Assembly (NCBI GenBank): GCA_003427395.1
Contig: BFEA01000005.1
Coordinates: 656,625-720,624 of the forward strand
DNA length: 64,000 nt
Reading direction: 5' to 3'
From: Chara braunii
Lineage: Eukaryota; Plantae; Charophyceae
Every line of letters starts with the position of its first letter. Position 1 is the first letter of the stretch. Positions 63,161-64,000 of the stretch are shown here, piece by piece. The notes beneath the pieces are model-generated. The model had not been told where the DNA came from, did no database searches, and saw only the letters and a program-made list of their open reading frames with translations. Both the position numbers and the translations under genes were made by a program.

Positions 63161-63660
63161 GGAAGTGTGCTGAGATCCATACTTGTCAAACTTTATAAAT
63201 AAGATGAGCAATGTACTTGGATTGAATTGGACAATTTAATTTTTTAGGTTATCCCAAAGTTGTACAGGCAGGTCCATCCCCTCGCCTGAGACGATCGTTT
63301 GGATGTTTGATGAGATCCGGACTTGTTAAGAAGACTTAGTGGAATGACAGACTTGTCCATCTGGGAACCCTGACAGTGTGTGGAAGTGTGTTGAGATCCA
63401 TACTTGTTAAATTTAAAGTTTATAAATGTGATGAGCAAGGTGTCCTGATTGAATCTTTGTTGGATAATACATTTCTTTACTAGGTCATCCCTAAGTTGTG
63501 CAATGATACCGATCGCCCGAGACGGTTGTTTGAACGTTGAAGAGATCCGGACTTCTTTAGAATACTTAGTGTAATGACAGGTACGCTCATCATCTCGCCC
63601 GACATGAGGAAGTGTGCTGAGATCCATACATGTTTACAATTGTGATGAGCAAGGTGTATT
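63161..63660. repeat. ~225-bp degenerate tandem repeat (about 2.3 copies)
   Basis: GGAAGTGTGYTGAGATCCATAC..GATGAGCAA at ~63161, 63382 and 63608. Confidence 0.85.
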
Positions 63661-64000
63661 GTAACAACCAGTTAATGTTGACATACAGGTTCGTTTTGTG
63701 CAACAACACATCCTACCCCTTAAGCAGCATTGGCAGCGGGGGGAGGTGGATGGTCCGCTCCGCACCGGACTTGGGGGTGAAGTTTTGCTGCGGGCCGGCG
63801 GATGGAGGCGATCGAGGGCGGGGGGGCAGGCAGAGTGGCGCGCGTACCAAAATGTTCACAGCGCGCCAGAAAATGAGAGAGCGCGCCCAAGGGACGGAGC
63901 GGCGGCGGGCGTCGATGCGAGGGAATATCTCGAAGTGCCCGCCGTCGATAAGCGCGCGTCCTTTTTTTTTTTGAATTCATTTCCAGTTCCTTTTGTTTTC

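Noticed and set aside
63428-63449. C/D box snoRNA (GTGATGA..CTGA)
   Set aside because: The boxes are only about 10 nt apart and the D box is not kept in the other repeat units

Overview
Repeat-saturated eukaryotic genomic DNA with scaffold gaps and two leftover Nextera mate-pair adapters. The retroelement proteins look like those of a charophyte alga such as Chara braunii, but that is inference only. I cannot support any host protein-coding gene. Contents: (1) A ~19.5 kb minus-strand non-chromovirus Ty3/Gypsy element. It has a >2.7 kb 3' LTR, a PPT, a disabled pol, and a gag-protease ORF that overlaps pol at a UUUUUUA -1 slippery heptamer. It also carries an extra ORF at the env position and a tandem cassette of four divergent paralogous ~250-270 aa ORFs of unknown function upstream of gag. 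A consensus splice donor sits in the leader, with acceptor-like sites before the cistrons. (2) Three diverged copies of a large non-coding repeat ('family X'). Two copies carry arrays of hairpins with a constant apical motif and unit-specific covarying stems, plus LSU rRNA-derived mosaics in the same internal slot. (3) A decayed chromovirus Gypsy (RT-RH-IN-chromodomain), and several pieces of a second chromovirus family ('family Y': LTRs, tRNA-iMet PBS, gag start, IN/chromo remnant) with a conserved TATA-plus-structured motif in the inferred leader. (4) Three hAT-type MITEs with 8-bp TSDs, a tRNA-derived SINE candidate, and mini/microsatellites. All alignments were made by eye.
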